The notes: generated by a model from the letters alone, not told the origin. Positions 1 through 8,513 are shown, counted from the first letter of the stretch. The stretch is DNA of 64,000 nt from a virus (IMGVR_UViG_3300018079_000012:560-64559), one strand, 5' to 3'. A program made the numbers and translations.

Positions 1-881
1 AACTCCGGCAAGCCTCTGCGTATCCCGCGTTCAATCTGCGGCCAGCAGTGTTTCCATAACGTCTGCTCGATGTACTTAGATTCTTCTTCCAATACGTCGC
101 GTGTTAGTTCCGTCAGCAACGCGGGTATATCGCGCATACTCCCTTGGAGTTTACCGTCGTCACGTAAATGCTGGACGACTTTACTCCACCGCGCTTCAGT
201 TCGTAACGCGATAACTAACTTCGCGATAACGTCGGAGTTCGACGGATTCGCCGATTTCCATTCCGCCGCGTGACGCTCCTTGAACTCCGCGCGGACGATT
301 TTGGCGATTAACAATTTCCCATCTCGGCCAAATATATCACCATTCGCAGGCTTCAGTACGACACCTTCTATAGGACCGCCGAGGATAGATTCGTTCGTCA
401 GAAGTTCGTTTAGCGTATCGGAGAAACCAGGAGTTGATATCTTGAATTCTCCGTAGTAAGGAATACACTGGAAATCGATACGCGCACACGCTCCCGGTTT
501 CTCATTGACCGATAAGAATCGGCTCGGCGAAGCCTCGATATCGAAGACGATAATATTCCCACGCGGGACGACACGGTACGCAAGTGTGGTATGTTTAGGC
601 TTCGACAAGTACTCTCCGCGATACGTCCAACCGTCCACCAGTAAATCCTTCCTCGCGACTATCTCTTCTACCGCCTTCTTGAACATATGTCCGTCGGGAG
701 CGGGTACTGGGACGATGGCACCGCGACTACGGACGTAGATATCGTCACCGATGCGGCCGAACGATATCTGCGATCCGTCGATTTTCTCTTCAGCGATTAC
801 CGGGACGTTCAGTAATGGGTCTAGTTCTCTATGGCCAAGCGGCCAAATATGCGGGTAGCTAGATAAGCGTTCGTTGTCCAT
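1..881 (-). CDS. ATP-dependent RNA ligase, Rnl2-like (3' end runs off the window; absent from the ORF track)
   Basis: Hand translation from ATG at 881 (SD AGGGGA): MDNERLSSYPHIWPLGH...AEEKIDGSQISF (KxDG motif I)...YRGEYL...IVFDI...IEGVVLKP...LIAKIVRAEFKE. The frame stays open to the window edge. Confidence 0.85.
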   Translation of the reverse strand, partial: MDNERLSSYPHIWPLGHRELDPLLNVPVIAEEKIDGSQISFGRIGDDIYVRSRGAIVPVPAPDGHMFKKAVEEIVARKDLLVDGWTYRGEYLSKPKHTTLAYRVVPRGNIIVFDIEASPSRFLSVNEKPGACARIDFQCIPYYGEFKISTPGFSDTLNELLTNESILGGPIEGVVLKPANGDIFGRDGKLLIAKIVRAEFKERHAAEWKSANPSNSDVIAKLVIALRTEARWSKVVQHLRDDGKLQGSMRDIPALLTELTRDVLEEESKYIEQTLWKHCWPQIERGIRRGLPE

Positions 882-891
882 TTCCCCTCTC

Positions 892-926
892 CTATATAAG
901 ACGTTCCCGACGGCCGGAAGGTTACA
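892..926 (-). promoter_or_regulatory. ECF-sigma-like promoter TGTAACC-N16-CGTC (copy 1) upstream of the RNA ligase
   Basis: Minus strand reads TGTAACC TTCCGGCCGTCGGGAA CGTC TTATATAG. The motif recurs at 7462, 7595 and 21561. Confidence 0.65.
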
Positions 927-1009
927 CGTAGGCCTCAGGTCCGCTACCAGGTCCGGTACCTTTGACTACTAGATATACCAGGACTCCTAGAAGTACTATA
1001 AATAACAAC

Positions 1010-1429
1010 CTACCCACGATCTCCAGCACGTCTCAAAGCCTCCTCAGCGTATTGTTCAGCCTTCCTATACTTCTCCGCTTCTATTAACTCTCGGCTGATG
1101 TCCGCCTGTTCCTTAACGGACTCCGGCCAAGGTCCAGAGCCGTCCCGGTACCCGAGGCCCGAACAGGTCGTACAGGATCTCGGGTCATAGTTCCGGCCGC
1201 CGAGACAATCTGGGCAAGTCGTTTTCTCCAGCAACCGGTCTGCGTCGGCCGCTAGCGCGGAGTACTCCAGTAACTCGGGTGTCTCGCCGATGATCGCTTC
1301 CGATATCTGGCCGTCCTTGACGTACTTCCGGCCTTTGATATTCCGGAGGTCCAGAGTCCGTGCGATCCACTCCGGCGTCCCGACGTATTCGAGGACGCGT
1401 AGAACTCGACACACTTTACTCATCGACAT
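1010..1429 (-). CDS. hypothetical protein with CxxC...CxxC Zn-finger
   Basis: CPDCLG...CTTCSG; co-directional with neighbours. Confidence 0.6.
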   Translation of the reverse strand: MSMSKVCRVLRVLEYVGTPEWIARTLDLRNIKGRKYVKDGQISEAIIGETPELLEYSALAADADRLLEKTTCPDCLGGRNYDPRSCTTCSGLGYRDGSGPWPESVKEQADISRELIEAEKYRKAEQYAEEALRRAGDRG

Positions 1430-1564
1430 TTAGTTTCTCCTCGCGCTTGTATCTATTGATAACACGACGAAGTCTGGCGATCTCGTCCAGCAGTTCCGTT
1501 CCGAGATCTCCGTCTATATATCCTTCAGCTACTAACTGCCGAAGATGCGCGTATCTTTGATAAG

Positions 1565-1726
1565 TCATTTCTCCTCCCAAGCCCAATGTAAGATTATGAA
1601 ATCTTCTAACGCTTCTTGGTCGTTGATATACGAAAATCCTTTACTCGCCGCGTATTCTTTAGACTGAGATATTGCGTCGGTTTCTGAAATTCGCACCAGT
1701 CCTCCGTATTCGTTATAGAGTAACAT
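1565..1726 (-). CDS. small hypothetical protein (likely ATG start at 1726, just after tRNA-Leu)
   Basis: The track start at 1765 lies inside the tRNA; an in-frame ATG gives MLLYNEYGG... Confidence 0.45.
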   Translation of the reverse strand: MLLYNEYGGLVRISETDAISQSKEYAASKGFSYINDQEALEDFIILHWAWEEK

Positions 1727-1733
1727 AAAATTC

Positions 1734-1823
1734 TGGTGGCTTAGGGATGATTCGAACATCCACACTCCGTTAGGAGGTAACCGGGTTTAAACCGGTCGCG
1801 TCTACCAATTCCGCCACTAAGCC
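1734..1823 (-). tRNA. tRNA-Leu(UAA), CCA encoded
   Basis: GGCTTAG/CTAAGCC acceptor plus ACCA; D-loop GGAATTGGTAGAC; anticodon arm ACCGG-TTTAAAC-CCGGT; long variable arm; T-loop TTCGAAT. Confidence 0.92.
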
Positions 1824-2354
1824 CCGTTGGGCACGTTCCAAGATCTCGTCTAAATTCACCGGTGTGTAGTTCGTCCGTTCGACCGACACGTTTATATATC
1901 TCGGATCAGGATGTGGCATAACGTGCAAATTATCGCGGACAAAACCGGCGTGCGTATGCCCGTGTACGTTAAGCCGAAATCTACCGCCGAACTGGCACGG
2001 GTGAACCGGGATATGAGAACAAATCAAACCGTGCGCCGGGTAGATTTTATACGCCCGGACGTCCTCAAAGTATGGTGTGTAGTCTTTGAGCTTGAATATA
2101 TCGTGATTCCCTCGTAGGAGAACTTTACGACCATTACACCGGCCGACCGTCGCTATCGACTTCTTTGCCATCGCTACGTCGCCGAGATGATAGACGCGGT
2201 CCGAAGACTTCACGACAGCATTCCAGCGTTCGATTATCGTCTCGTCCATTTCTTCGACGGACGTGAACGGCCGCAGTCGGCCTTCCGAATACGTGAAGGT
2301 AATAATATTCGCATGACCGAAGTGAGTGTCGGAGATAAACCAGACGTTGCGCAT
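1770..2354 (-). CDS. calcineurin-like metallophosphoesterase
   Basis: SDTHFGH, HLGD, GNHD, SHIP and HGHTH motifs; the C-terminus reads into tRNA-Leu. Confidence 0.9.
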   Translation of the reverse strand: MRNVWFISDTHFGHANIITFTYSEGRLRPFTSVEEMDETIIERWNAVVKSSDRVYHLGDVAMAKKSIATVGRCNGRKVLLRGNHDIFKLKDYTPYFEDVRAYKIYPAHGLICSHIPVHPCQFGGRFRLNVHGHTHAGFVRDNLHVMPHPDPRYINVSVERTNYTPVNLDEILERAQRGLVAELVDATGLNPVTS

Positions 2355-2359
2355 AAAGT

Positions 2360-2434
2360 TGGTCAGGGTGCTTCGGATCGAACGAAGGACAACTCGCTTC
2401 CAAAGCGAGGACTCTACCGCTGAGCTACACCCTG
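2360..2434 (-). tRNA. tRNA-Pro(UGG), CCA encoded
   Basis: CAGGGTG/CACCCTG acceptor plus ACCA; D-arm GCTCAGCGGTAGAGT; anticodon arm CTCGC-TTTGGAA-GCGAG; T-arm CTTCG-TTCGATC-CGAAG. Confidence 0.93.
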
Positions 2435-3019
2435 CTACTCTAGGAATTTTCTGAGATCTCCTAGATTCACGTTAATATTCGTATCCACCACGCCTTGATC
2501 CGCTTGTATTTGTTTCGACGCATCTAACGCGAGTTTCTTTGTCATCGGATCGTCGGTCACGGCGCCTTCTAGGAGTAATTTGTTCAAGAATCCGGCACGC
2601 GTTTTCGCTCGGACGTCCGGTTCGAGATGATACACGTCCATAAGAGCTTGAACACACTCGACGACATCACGGCGTCCTTTGAATATAGTGTACGGCAGAC
2701 CGGACGTCTGTAACGCGGCGTCTTCGCGTACTATCCCAGATTTCACTAACTCCAAGAACCGCTCGGCGACTACAGCGTTTGCCGACGATTTCTCCCGTAG
2801 CTCAGGCCCAGATCGTCCGGGACCGGAGATATCCGCGGCTGATATAACGACGAAATTATCTCCCGGCGGGGCGTCTGGTAACGTCGGTGGGACTTCGGGG
2901 ACTTCTTCTCCTTCATCACCGCGAAACTCGAAGCCGACCGGCGAGGGATCGGCGGGCGGGGTATCGTCTGGGATATCCAGGAGCGGGATGTCGGAGAAGG
3001 TTTGGTATTTACGTTTCAT
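2435..3019 (-). CDS. hypothetical protein (acidic Pro-rich N-terminus, helical C-terminus)
   Basis: 194 aa ORF; ATGA overlap with the upstream gene; stop abuts tRNA-Pro. Confidence 0.65.
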   Translation of the reverse strand: MKRKYQTFSDIPLLDIPDDTPPADPSPVGFEFRGDEGEEVPEVPPTLPDAPPGDNFVVISAADISGPGRSGPELREKSSANAVVAERFLELVKSGIVREDAALQTSGLPYTIFKGRRDVVECVQALMDVYHLEPDVRAKTRAGFLNKLLLEGAVTDDPMTKKLALDASKQIQADQGVVDTNINVNLGDLRKFLE

Positions 3020-3234
3020 CGTACGATCTCGTGCCCGTGCTCTACTACTATTTTACCTTCTTCAGTCATCAGAAATTGATCGATACACTGCGCGTGTAGA
3101 AACCCATCCCATTCTTCGCAGAAGTGCGTCACGCCGCCTATTTCGTCGCAGTAGATACAGCGGTGCGGCAGGTCGTGGATCGAATAATATTCAACCCAAC
3201 TTCCTTTGACCGGAAATATTCCACCACACGGCAT
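3016..3234 (-). CDS. small Cys/His-rich hypothetical protein
   Basis: CIYC...HFC...HAQC; coupled to neighbours. Confidence 0.55.
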   Translation of the reverse strand: MPCGGIFPVKGSWVEYYSIHDLPHRCIYCDEIGGVTHFCEEWDGFLHAQCIDQFLMTEEGKIVVEHGHEIVR

Positions 3235-3452
3235 TACGGTAACATCCTATAAACCACCGATGATAGCGTCAAAGGCCCTTTTTCTATGAACTTCACTAGA
3301 AATTCTCCGGATGTTGTTTTAACTATTTGACAAGTAGTCTTTGCGATCTTGGGAGAAACTTTAACCAATTTACAAGTAGCCGTTGTGGTCTTTGGACTAA
3401 ATTTAGCTAACGCCCCACCCGATACAGCGGCGAATAACTCTCTACGTGTCAT
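3234..3452 (-). CDS. hypothetical protein with twin-Arg-like N-terminus
   Basis: MTRRELFAAVSGGALA; coupled stop/start with neighbours. Confidence 0.5.
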   Translation of the reverse strand: MTRRELFAAVSGGALAKFSPKTTTATCKLVKVSPKIAKTTCQIVKTTSGEFLVKFIEKGPLTLSSVVYRMLP

Positions 3453-3919
3453 AGAAACCTCACGTCTTCAGGGCCTACCTGACCGCCGAAGTTCGCCGTC
3501 AGAAAGCGAAGAACGTACTGATAGTAATCCGGGAACACCAGACTGTTGTGAATAACTTTCCTGCCTCTCCTGATAACGGGCGCCGTCCACCGATATGTTC
3601 CGGACGCGAGTCGTAAGAATAGACAGCCGTCGAGTGCTTGTCCTAACAGACCTAATCTCTCGTGTCGTAACGCCCACGTCAGCGTGAAACGCAACAAACG
3701 ACCGATACCGGCGTTTATCGACCGCAGGACTTGTGGGTTAGCTATCTCGACGCGGAATTCGCCGGACGCGAGATCGGTTAAATAACCGGGCGTCGGCGCG
3801 ATTAACTCCACGTCCTCACGCTCCAGTAACGGAGGCGCGGGAGGTTTACGGAGATGGATCTCCGGCCACGGACGCGAGTCGCGTTCATATTCATGGTCCA
3901 GTAGACAAGGATCTTCCAT
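3449..3919 (-). CDS. hypothetical protein
   Basis: 156 aa, tightly packed with neighbours. Confidence 0.6.
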   Translation of the reverse strand: MEDPCLLDHEYERDSRPWPEIHLRKPPAPPLLEREDVELIAPTPGYLTDLASGEFRVEIANPQVLRSINAGIGRLLRFTLTWALRHERLGLLGQALDGCLFLRLASGTYRWTAPVIRRGRKVIHNSLVFPDYYQYVLRFLTANFGGQVGPEDVRFL

Positions 3920-4162
3920 TTACTTCTTCTTATAAGATAACGGCGGGCCGGAGACAATCTCCCAGCGTCCGATAACGCGGCCGTTTAGTAACGTTATATT
4001 CCCCCACTCGTCAAACTCATACGCCCCAGGTTCTAAAATTCCAACCATTGCGCGCCAGAGTTTCCGATAAGTAACCGGTCCGGTGAACGTCTTGGTCCAA
4101 GTTAACTTATCGCGTCCGACGTCGCGGAACTCAATAGTCGTCGGTGGTAAGCCTTTTTTCAC
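3920..4162 (-). CDS. hypothetical protein (likely GTG start at 4162)
   Basis: GTGA overlap with the stop of the upstream nuclease. Confidence 0.5.
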   Translation of the reverse strand: MKKGLPPTTIEFRDVGRDKLTWTKTFTGPVTYRKLWRAMVGILEPGAYEFDEWGNITLLNGRVIGRWEIVSGPPLSYKKK

Positions 4163-4956
4163 AGCGCTACCTCTAACTTCGGTAACCCGAACGCCTGCCG
4201 GTACGCGCACGCTATCCCGGCGTGTACTAAATTCCCGAAACTTGTCTCGTCTGTTTCCTTCCGCTTCGCATCTACCAAATGCGACATCCGGAATTTCTCG
4301 TTACATAACATAAACGTCGTAGCGCCGGAATAAGAGAACGGTTTTAGTAGTACGGGTACCGCGCGCGGCATCGTTCCTGCGCGGCAGAACGTATCAAACT
4401 CGCAGATCCGGTTATAAGCACGGCACGCGAACGGTTTATTCTGCGGCCATATCTCGTGTTCTGATATCGCCGCACGAGATTCGTACAGAGATTCTAAAAA
4501 TTCATCGGCTTCCCATCTGTTATCCTTGGGAACGTCAATCTCTATCTCGCGGACTTTGTGTTCTAACCGCGACACTCCTCGATACACGAATTTCTTAAGA
4601 CCTAACGCCGCCGCAGTTATTCGCCACTGCCACGAGTCGATTTGACGCTGCTGCCACTCGACGTCCAAGGAACCGGTGACGCGCGTCTTCCAGTCTATCC
4701 CGACGTTATCGAGCGCTGCATACACATCGCAGATACCTCGCGACCAGGTAGTATCGAACGGTAATTCTACCGCTGACACTCGATAGGTCGTGAGATCACG
4801 CGCGAGAAATCTGTCCGCGAGTACTCGCACGAGATCCTTAGCGTCTTCGTAATCGAAGTCCGGGATAAATGCGGACTTTTCGGATGCGAGGATTTCAGCG
4901 TCCACTAACGCCCAGTCTATATCGGGGATCAGTAATGACTCGTCAGTTTTCTTCAT
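4159..4956 (-). CDS. Cas4/AddB-like PD-(D/E)XK exonuclease, apparently circularly permuted
   Basis: E-LPF...RGICD...IDWKT...QW core, C-x6-C-x5-C cluster, then SYS...C...FGNLVH at the C-terminus. Confidence 0.8.
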   Translation of the reverse strand: MKKTDESLLIPDIDWALVDAEILASEKSAFIPDFDYEDAKDLVRVLADRFLARDLTTYRVSAVELPFDTTWSRGICDVYAALDNVGIDWKTRVTGSLDVEWQQRQIDSWQWRITAAALGLKKFVYRGVSRLEHKVREIEIDVPKDNRWEADEFLESLYESRAAISEHEIWPQNKPFACRAYNRICEFDTFCRAGTMPRAVPVLLKPFSYSGATTFMLCNEKFRMSHLVDAKRKETDETSFGNLVHAGIACAYRQAFGLPKLEVAL

Positions 4957-5495
4957 CCAATCGGCCCGCCAAACCGCAGTTTACGTAATATCTGTAACGC
5001 AGTTCGTGCTCCGTTTATCGCGCGGTGCGGTAGAGGTTCAGGATCGATGCCGAAATACGGAGCGAGGTTGACCATTGAGAGACTCTGTAACTCCGGCCGC
5101 ATAATAAGCGCCATACTACATAAGTCTAAACGATGATAATCTACGTCGAGCGTACCTAACACCCATTCGGCTTCCATCAAAAAACCCCAGTCGAAAGTAA
5201 CGTTCTGCGCGAGTATTGCGGTGTTCTTACCACCGAGGTAAAACTTAAACGCACCCCAAATATCGGATAGTCGTGGGGCATAGTCCCAATCGATAAGGTT
5301 ATAACCGTTTACCTTAGCGGCTTCTGGTGTCACTGTCACTAACGGACTTGGTTTAACTCGGGTTTCAAAACTGTCAACATCTTTCTCTTCTAACTCTGGC
5401 CAGCTAACCAGCACAGCACCGATCTCGATTATCTCGTCTTTGGCCGGATTTAGTCCAGTAGTCTCCAGATCTACAATCGCGAGTTTGTTTATCAT
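4953..5495 (-). CDS. DEDDh 3'-5' exonuclease (DnaQ/epsilon-like)
   Basis: VDLETTG (ExoI), QNVTFD (ExoII), HRA (ExoIII). Confidence 0.88.
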   Translation of the reverse strand: MINKLAIVDLETTGLNPAKDEIIEIGAVLVSWPELEEKDVDSFETRVKPSPLVTVTPEAAKVNGYNLIDWDYAPRLSDIWGAFKFYLGGKNTAILAQNVTFDWGFLMEAEWVLGTLDVDYHRLDLCSMALIMRPELQSLSMVNLAPYFGIDPEPLPHRAINGARTALQILRKLRFGGPIG

Positions 5496-5496
5496 T

Positions 5497-5805
5497 TTAC
5501 GCTCCTTGTACCACGCGTTTCACAACTACTGACCACGGTAATCTAAACAACGGCCGATTCGTATACCGATCACGTACTGGACGCAGCATGTTTACCGTAT
5601 GTAACCAGGACTGGAAATCCGGGATATCTATCGCATCGACTTTACCACAGTCTTGACACTTCACCGTCCCAATGCCATTAACCGGTGGTACATCGCCGTC
5701 CGGTGTCCATAACTTAGACGTGTCGAAACGAGTTCCCGAGTACGCGGTAGGACGTAACCGGTGGTCGCACGGCGTTATTAACTTAGCGCCGGACTTAACC
5801 TTCAT
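5497..5805 (-). CDS. hypothetical protein, Zn-ribbon
   Basis: CDH...CQDCG. Confidence 0.55.
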   Translation of the reverse strand: MKVKSGAKLITPCDHRLRPTAYSGTRFDTSKLWTPDGDVPPVNGIGTVKCQDCGKVDAIDIPDFQSWLHTVNMLRPVRDRYTNRPLFRLPWSVVVKRVVQGA

Positions 5806-5986
5806 TGCATGCCTCTACGAATCTCGCACGGTCGAAAAGCGGATTAAACCCTGCGAGGACTTCCACGATTTCGTCCACGTCATCTAGCCACTGTCGAAGC
5901 CGACTGCCAGTATCAGGCTCGTAATCCGTTCCCGGCCGCGAGTTCGCTAACGCCTGTGCTAACGCTTCGAAGTGTTTTTTAGTCAT
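5795..5986 (-). CDS. small phage protein (MTKKHFEALA...NPLFDRARFVEAC)
   Basis: SD AGGAG before ATG 5986; NPxFDxxRF is a recurrent phage small-protein motif. Confidence 0.65.
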   Translation of the reverse strand: MTKKHFEALAQALANSRPGTDYEPDTGSRLRQWLDDVDEIVEVLAGFNPLFDRARFVEACNEG

Positions 5987-5990
5987 ATCG

Positions 5991-6440
5991 TCACTCCTTA
6001 TGCAGCACAATTATCTTCGCACACTCGATCCCTTCGTCCAGCGTCGTGCAAATATACCCGCAGCACGTATTAAGTATCGGGTGCGAGTGCAGGTTATCCG
6101 GTTCCATTACTAACACAATCGGTTTACGGAACGCGTCCGCCCAACCGACTTCTATCATCGTACCGATAGTGATCTTCGACGCGCCGAGAAGATTCACGAG
6201 CATCAAGTCGCACGTGTACACGTCGTTGCGGTCGCGTGTAGTGATGCCTTTCGCTGTAGCGAACGGGTGATGCTCATACGACTGGTTGATAACGCCGACA
6301 GACTTCAAGAATTCTTTCCCACGTAACGGCGAGATACTACCGGGTAACTTAGACGCGACGTACTCACGCCAGTCCGTACATTCGCCGAACGTCAGGCCGG
6401 AAATAGGACCAGAGAGGTAGATTTTACTCATACGAGACAC
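5991..6440 (-). CDS. nucleoside 2-deoxyribosyltransferase / nucleotide N-hydrolase-like protein
   Basis: IYLSGPI, D...CD, GTMIEVGWA, KPIVLV. Confidence 0.8.
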   Translation of the reverse strand: MSRMSKIYLSGPISGLTFGECTDWREYVASKLPGSISPLRGKEFLKSVGVINQSYEHHPFATAKGITTRDRNDVYTCDLMLVNLLGASKITIGTMIEVGWADAFRKPIVLVMEPDNLHSHPILNTCCGYICTTLDEGIECAKIIVLHKE

Positions 6441-6620
6441 TCCTTACCGTAAATTATCCAACACCGGCGAATCATCCGCGCGTTTCCTGCACACTGAACA
6501 AAAGATCGTTATTTCAATCGGACTGTTCGGATCGCGTCGCACGGTGCAAATCTGGAACGCGCCAATACCACGCGACGGCGTGCAATTAACAATGAATTCG
6601 TAGATTTGTTCAGGGGTCAT

Positions 6621-6851
6621 TCAGCAATACCAATCTAAGTTGTTATCCTCGTCTAAATAATCATTCAAGTGGAGAATCGCGCGGTACAGAAAATCTCGGA
6701 CTGCGCAGCTTTCAGCATCTACCATTGCTTTTGCGAGTATATGCACTGGACAATCTGGGGTAGAATACGACAAGTTGAAAATTTCCTCGCGGTTCGCTAT
6801 GAGTTCAGGCGTCATATCGGCCGTCGCGGGCTCCGGTGTACTCTTTCCCAT
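6621..6851 (-). CDS. hypothetical protein
   Basis: ORF track; co-directional. Confidence 0.4.
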   Translation of the reverse strand: MGKSTPEPATADMTPELIANREEIFNLSYSTPDCPVHILAKAMVDAESCAVRDFLYRAILHLNDYLDEDNNLDWYC

Positions 6852-7014
6852 CGTCTTCTCGCCATTTCGCGAGTTTCCCGTATACGCGGCGTTGATAGTC
6901 CTCTCCGCCGTCTACAGAAACACGTTTCCCTTCGGGACACGAACATGAGACAAAATCCCAGCGGGAACGTGAAACGATGTACTCGCCGCAGTTCAGACAT
7001 GTAACAGCGTTCAT
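6805..7014 (-). CDS. small Zn-binding phage protein (likely ATG start at 7014)
   Basis: MNAVTCLNCGEYIVSRSRWDFVSCSC...VSVDGGEDYQRR; ATGA overlap with a 44-aa ORF at 7011-7145. Confidence 0.65.
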   Translation of the reverse strand: MNAVTCLNCGEYIVSRSRWDFVSCSCPEGKRVSVDGGEDYQRRVYGKLAKWREDDGKEYTGARDGRYDA

Positions 7015-7152
7015 ACGCGACGCTCGGGAACTTCGTCTGGACGCCAGATCAACGTATTCTGAGCATACGAACCATCCGGGTACTCCCGAATACCTAATCT
7101 CCGTTCCCAATCCAAGAGATCCTGTGCGGACGCTGGTGACGTCATCCAATAG

Positions 7153-7431
7153 TTAATAGGTAGCATTAACATCTTCAACTTCCCTTAACTTCCTTTTCGC
7201 CACTTCTAACATATCGTGCATCTCAGCACCTAACGTCGGGTCTCTGTTGACCAACCGGCTCGCCTCGGGCGTCAGGGACCGGGAGACCGTCGATCCCAGG
7301 TTATGATCGAACTGGTACATCTGGAATCGGAGAGCCGGAGACTCCGGCCCAGGTGGGAGGTAAGTGATTCTGACGCCCGAGGAGTCGATGACCGTTCGAC
7401 TACCTAATAGGTCGCTTTGCGGTGTGGACAT
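7153..7431 (-). CDS. hypothetical protein, first gene after ECF-like promoter copy 2
   Basis: ORF track; SD GGAG upstream. Confidence 0.55.
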   Translation of the reverse strand: MSTPQSDLLGSRTVIDSSGVRITYLPPGPESPALRFQMYQFDHNLGSTVSRSLTPEASRLVNRDPTLGAEMHDMLEVAKRKLREVEDVNATY

Positions 7432-7589
7432 AGTTTACTGTCTCCGGTCCGTTGACGGACTCTATATATAAGACGATGCAAGGGTCCGGTAGGTTACAGG
7501 GAGAATTATTAAAGACCTGGTTCTGAGAACGTACTCTTCCGTACCCCACTACCCTTGACCAATGTACTTTCGACTACCTAATAAGTCGC
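7395..7589. repeat. 21-bp direct repeat TTCGACTACCTAATA(G/A)GTCGC at 7395-7415 and 7569-7589
   Basis: 20/21 identical; internal CGAC...GTCG dyad. Confidence 0.75.
7462..7498 (-). promoter_or_regulatory. ECF-sigma-like promoter (copy 2)
   Basis: TGTAACC TACCGGACCCTTGCAT CGTC TTATATATAG. Confidence 0.65.
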
Positions 7590-7594
7590 CGGGG

Positions 7595-7621
7595 TGTAAC
7601 CTTTAGTCGTCCCAGAACGTC
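7595..7621 (+). promoter_or_regulatory. ECF-sigma-like promoter (copy 3), antisense to upstream genes
   Basis: TGTAACC TTTAGTCGTCCCAGAA CGTC, same 16-nt spacer. Confidence 0.5.
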
Positions 7622-7974
7622 CTTTCTGTATAGGCGAAAGGCCGAACGGAAAGCACGAGTTTACTCAATTTTTTGGGTCTTTCTTTTGTAATATTTAGCA
7701 CGCCAATACGCCCTAGCTTCCTCCGGTGTCCGTTTACTCCGCCAACAGCGATAACTTCGGCACTTTTCGGTTTCCGCCACGGCGGACCGTTCTCATAGTA
7801 CCGGCGTAGTTGTCCAGCATTGTGCCGCGCGCGGTTATCTCGGACCCACTGTCCGTAAATCGCTGAGGCGCATGGTTTGCAGTTGGAGCGAAGAACCGGA
7901 TTTCCTTTGTACCGATATGCGATTGAGAATTCTGACAAAGGTTTAGTTAAATTACAATGTTTACAGATTTTCAT
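7603..7974 (-). CDS. Zn-finger protein resembling the N-terminus of HNH/EndoVII homing nucleases, with no nuclease domain
   Basis: MKICKHCNLTKPLSEF...SNCKPC. Confidence 0.6.
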   Translation of the reverse strand: MKICKHCNLTKPLSEFSIAYRYKGNPVLRSNCKPCASAIYGQWVRDNRARHNAGQLRRYYENGPPWRKPKSAEVIAVGGVNGHRRKLGRIGVLNITKERPKKLSKLVLSVRPFAYTERTFWDD

Positions 7975-8336
7975 TTCCGAAGACCGTAGTTATGCTTTAT
8001 CACTACGCCCAAACCCCCCGCCGCCGCGAAGTTTACGAAGGTAACCGAACGGTGTATCGACTGGTTGTTCTCGCGTAACTTTCTATTAGACCACCACAAC
8101 CATCCCCCTAAAGCACCTGCTTTGATCGCTACTCCTCGATAACCGAATCTTTGTCCTTTTCCAGTCAGGATCGGGTTAGCTTCCAACCGCCCCCAACTGG
8201 AATGGATGTCCAAGCTATTAGCTGCGATCAAGGCTACTTGGCTGATCCGGTACAATCGGTTTTTCTTACCCATCGCGAGATCTTTTGCTCCTAACACTGT
8301 TGCTAGCACTAGCCCTGCCGCTATTTTCAGTCGCAT
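7971..8336 (-). CDS. membrane protein (DUF5658-like)
   Basis: Hydrophobic segments; LD..SS...EANP motif. Confidence 0.6.
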   Translation of the reverse strand: MRLKIAAGLVLATVLGAKDLAMGKKNRLYRISQVALIAANSLDIHSSWGRLEANPILTGKGQRFGYRGVAIKAGALGGWLWWSNRKLRENNQSIHRSVTFVNFAAAGGLGVVIKHNYGLRK

Positions 8337-8342
8337 AAGATT

Positions 8343-8513
8343 CTACACTTCGTCCGACATACCGTAAACGAACTTTTCGGACTCTACCACATATTTCTTA
8401 AACCAAGGATCAACACCGGAGCATTTTGGACAGCGAACCGGAGCTTTAGCCGTACACCAACTAAAATTGCAACGCCAAATTCTTTTACACTTTGGACATT
8501 CATGCGACGTCAT
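8343..8513 (-). CDS. 56-aa Zn-knuckle protein with FVYGMSD tail (not in the ORF track)
   Basis: Hand translation MTSHECPKCKRIWRCNFSWCTAKAPVRCPKCSG...KFVYGMSDEV. Confidence 0.7.
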   Translation of the reverse strand: MTSHECPKCKRIWRCNFSWCTAKAPVRCPKCSGVDPWFKKYVVESEKFVYGMSDEV

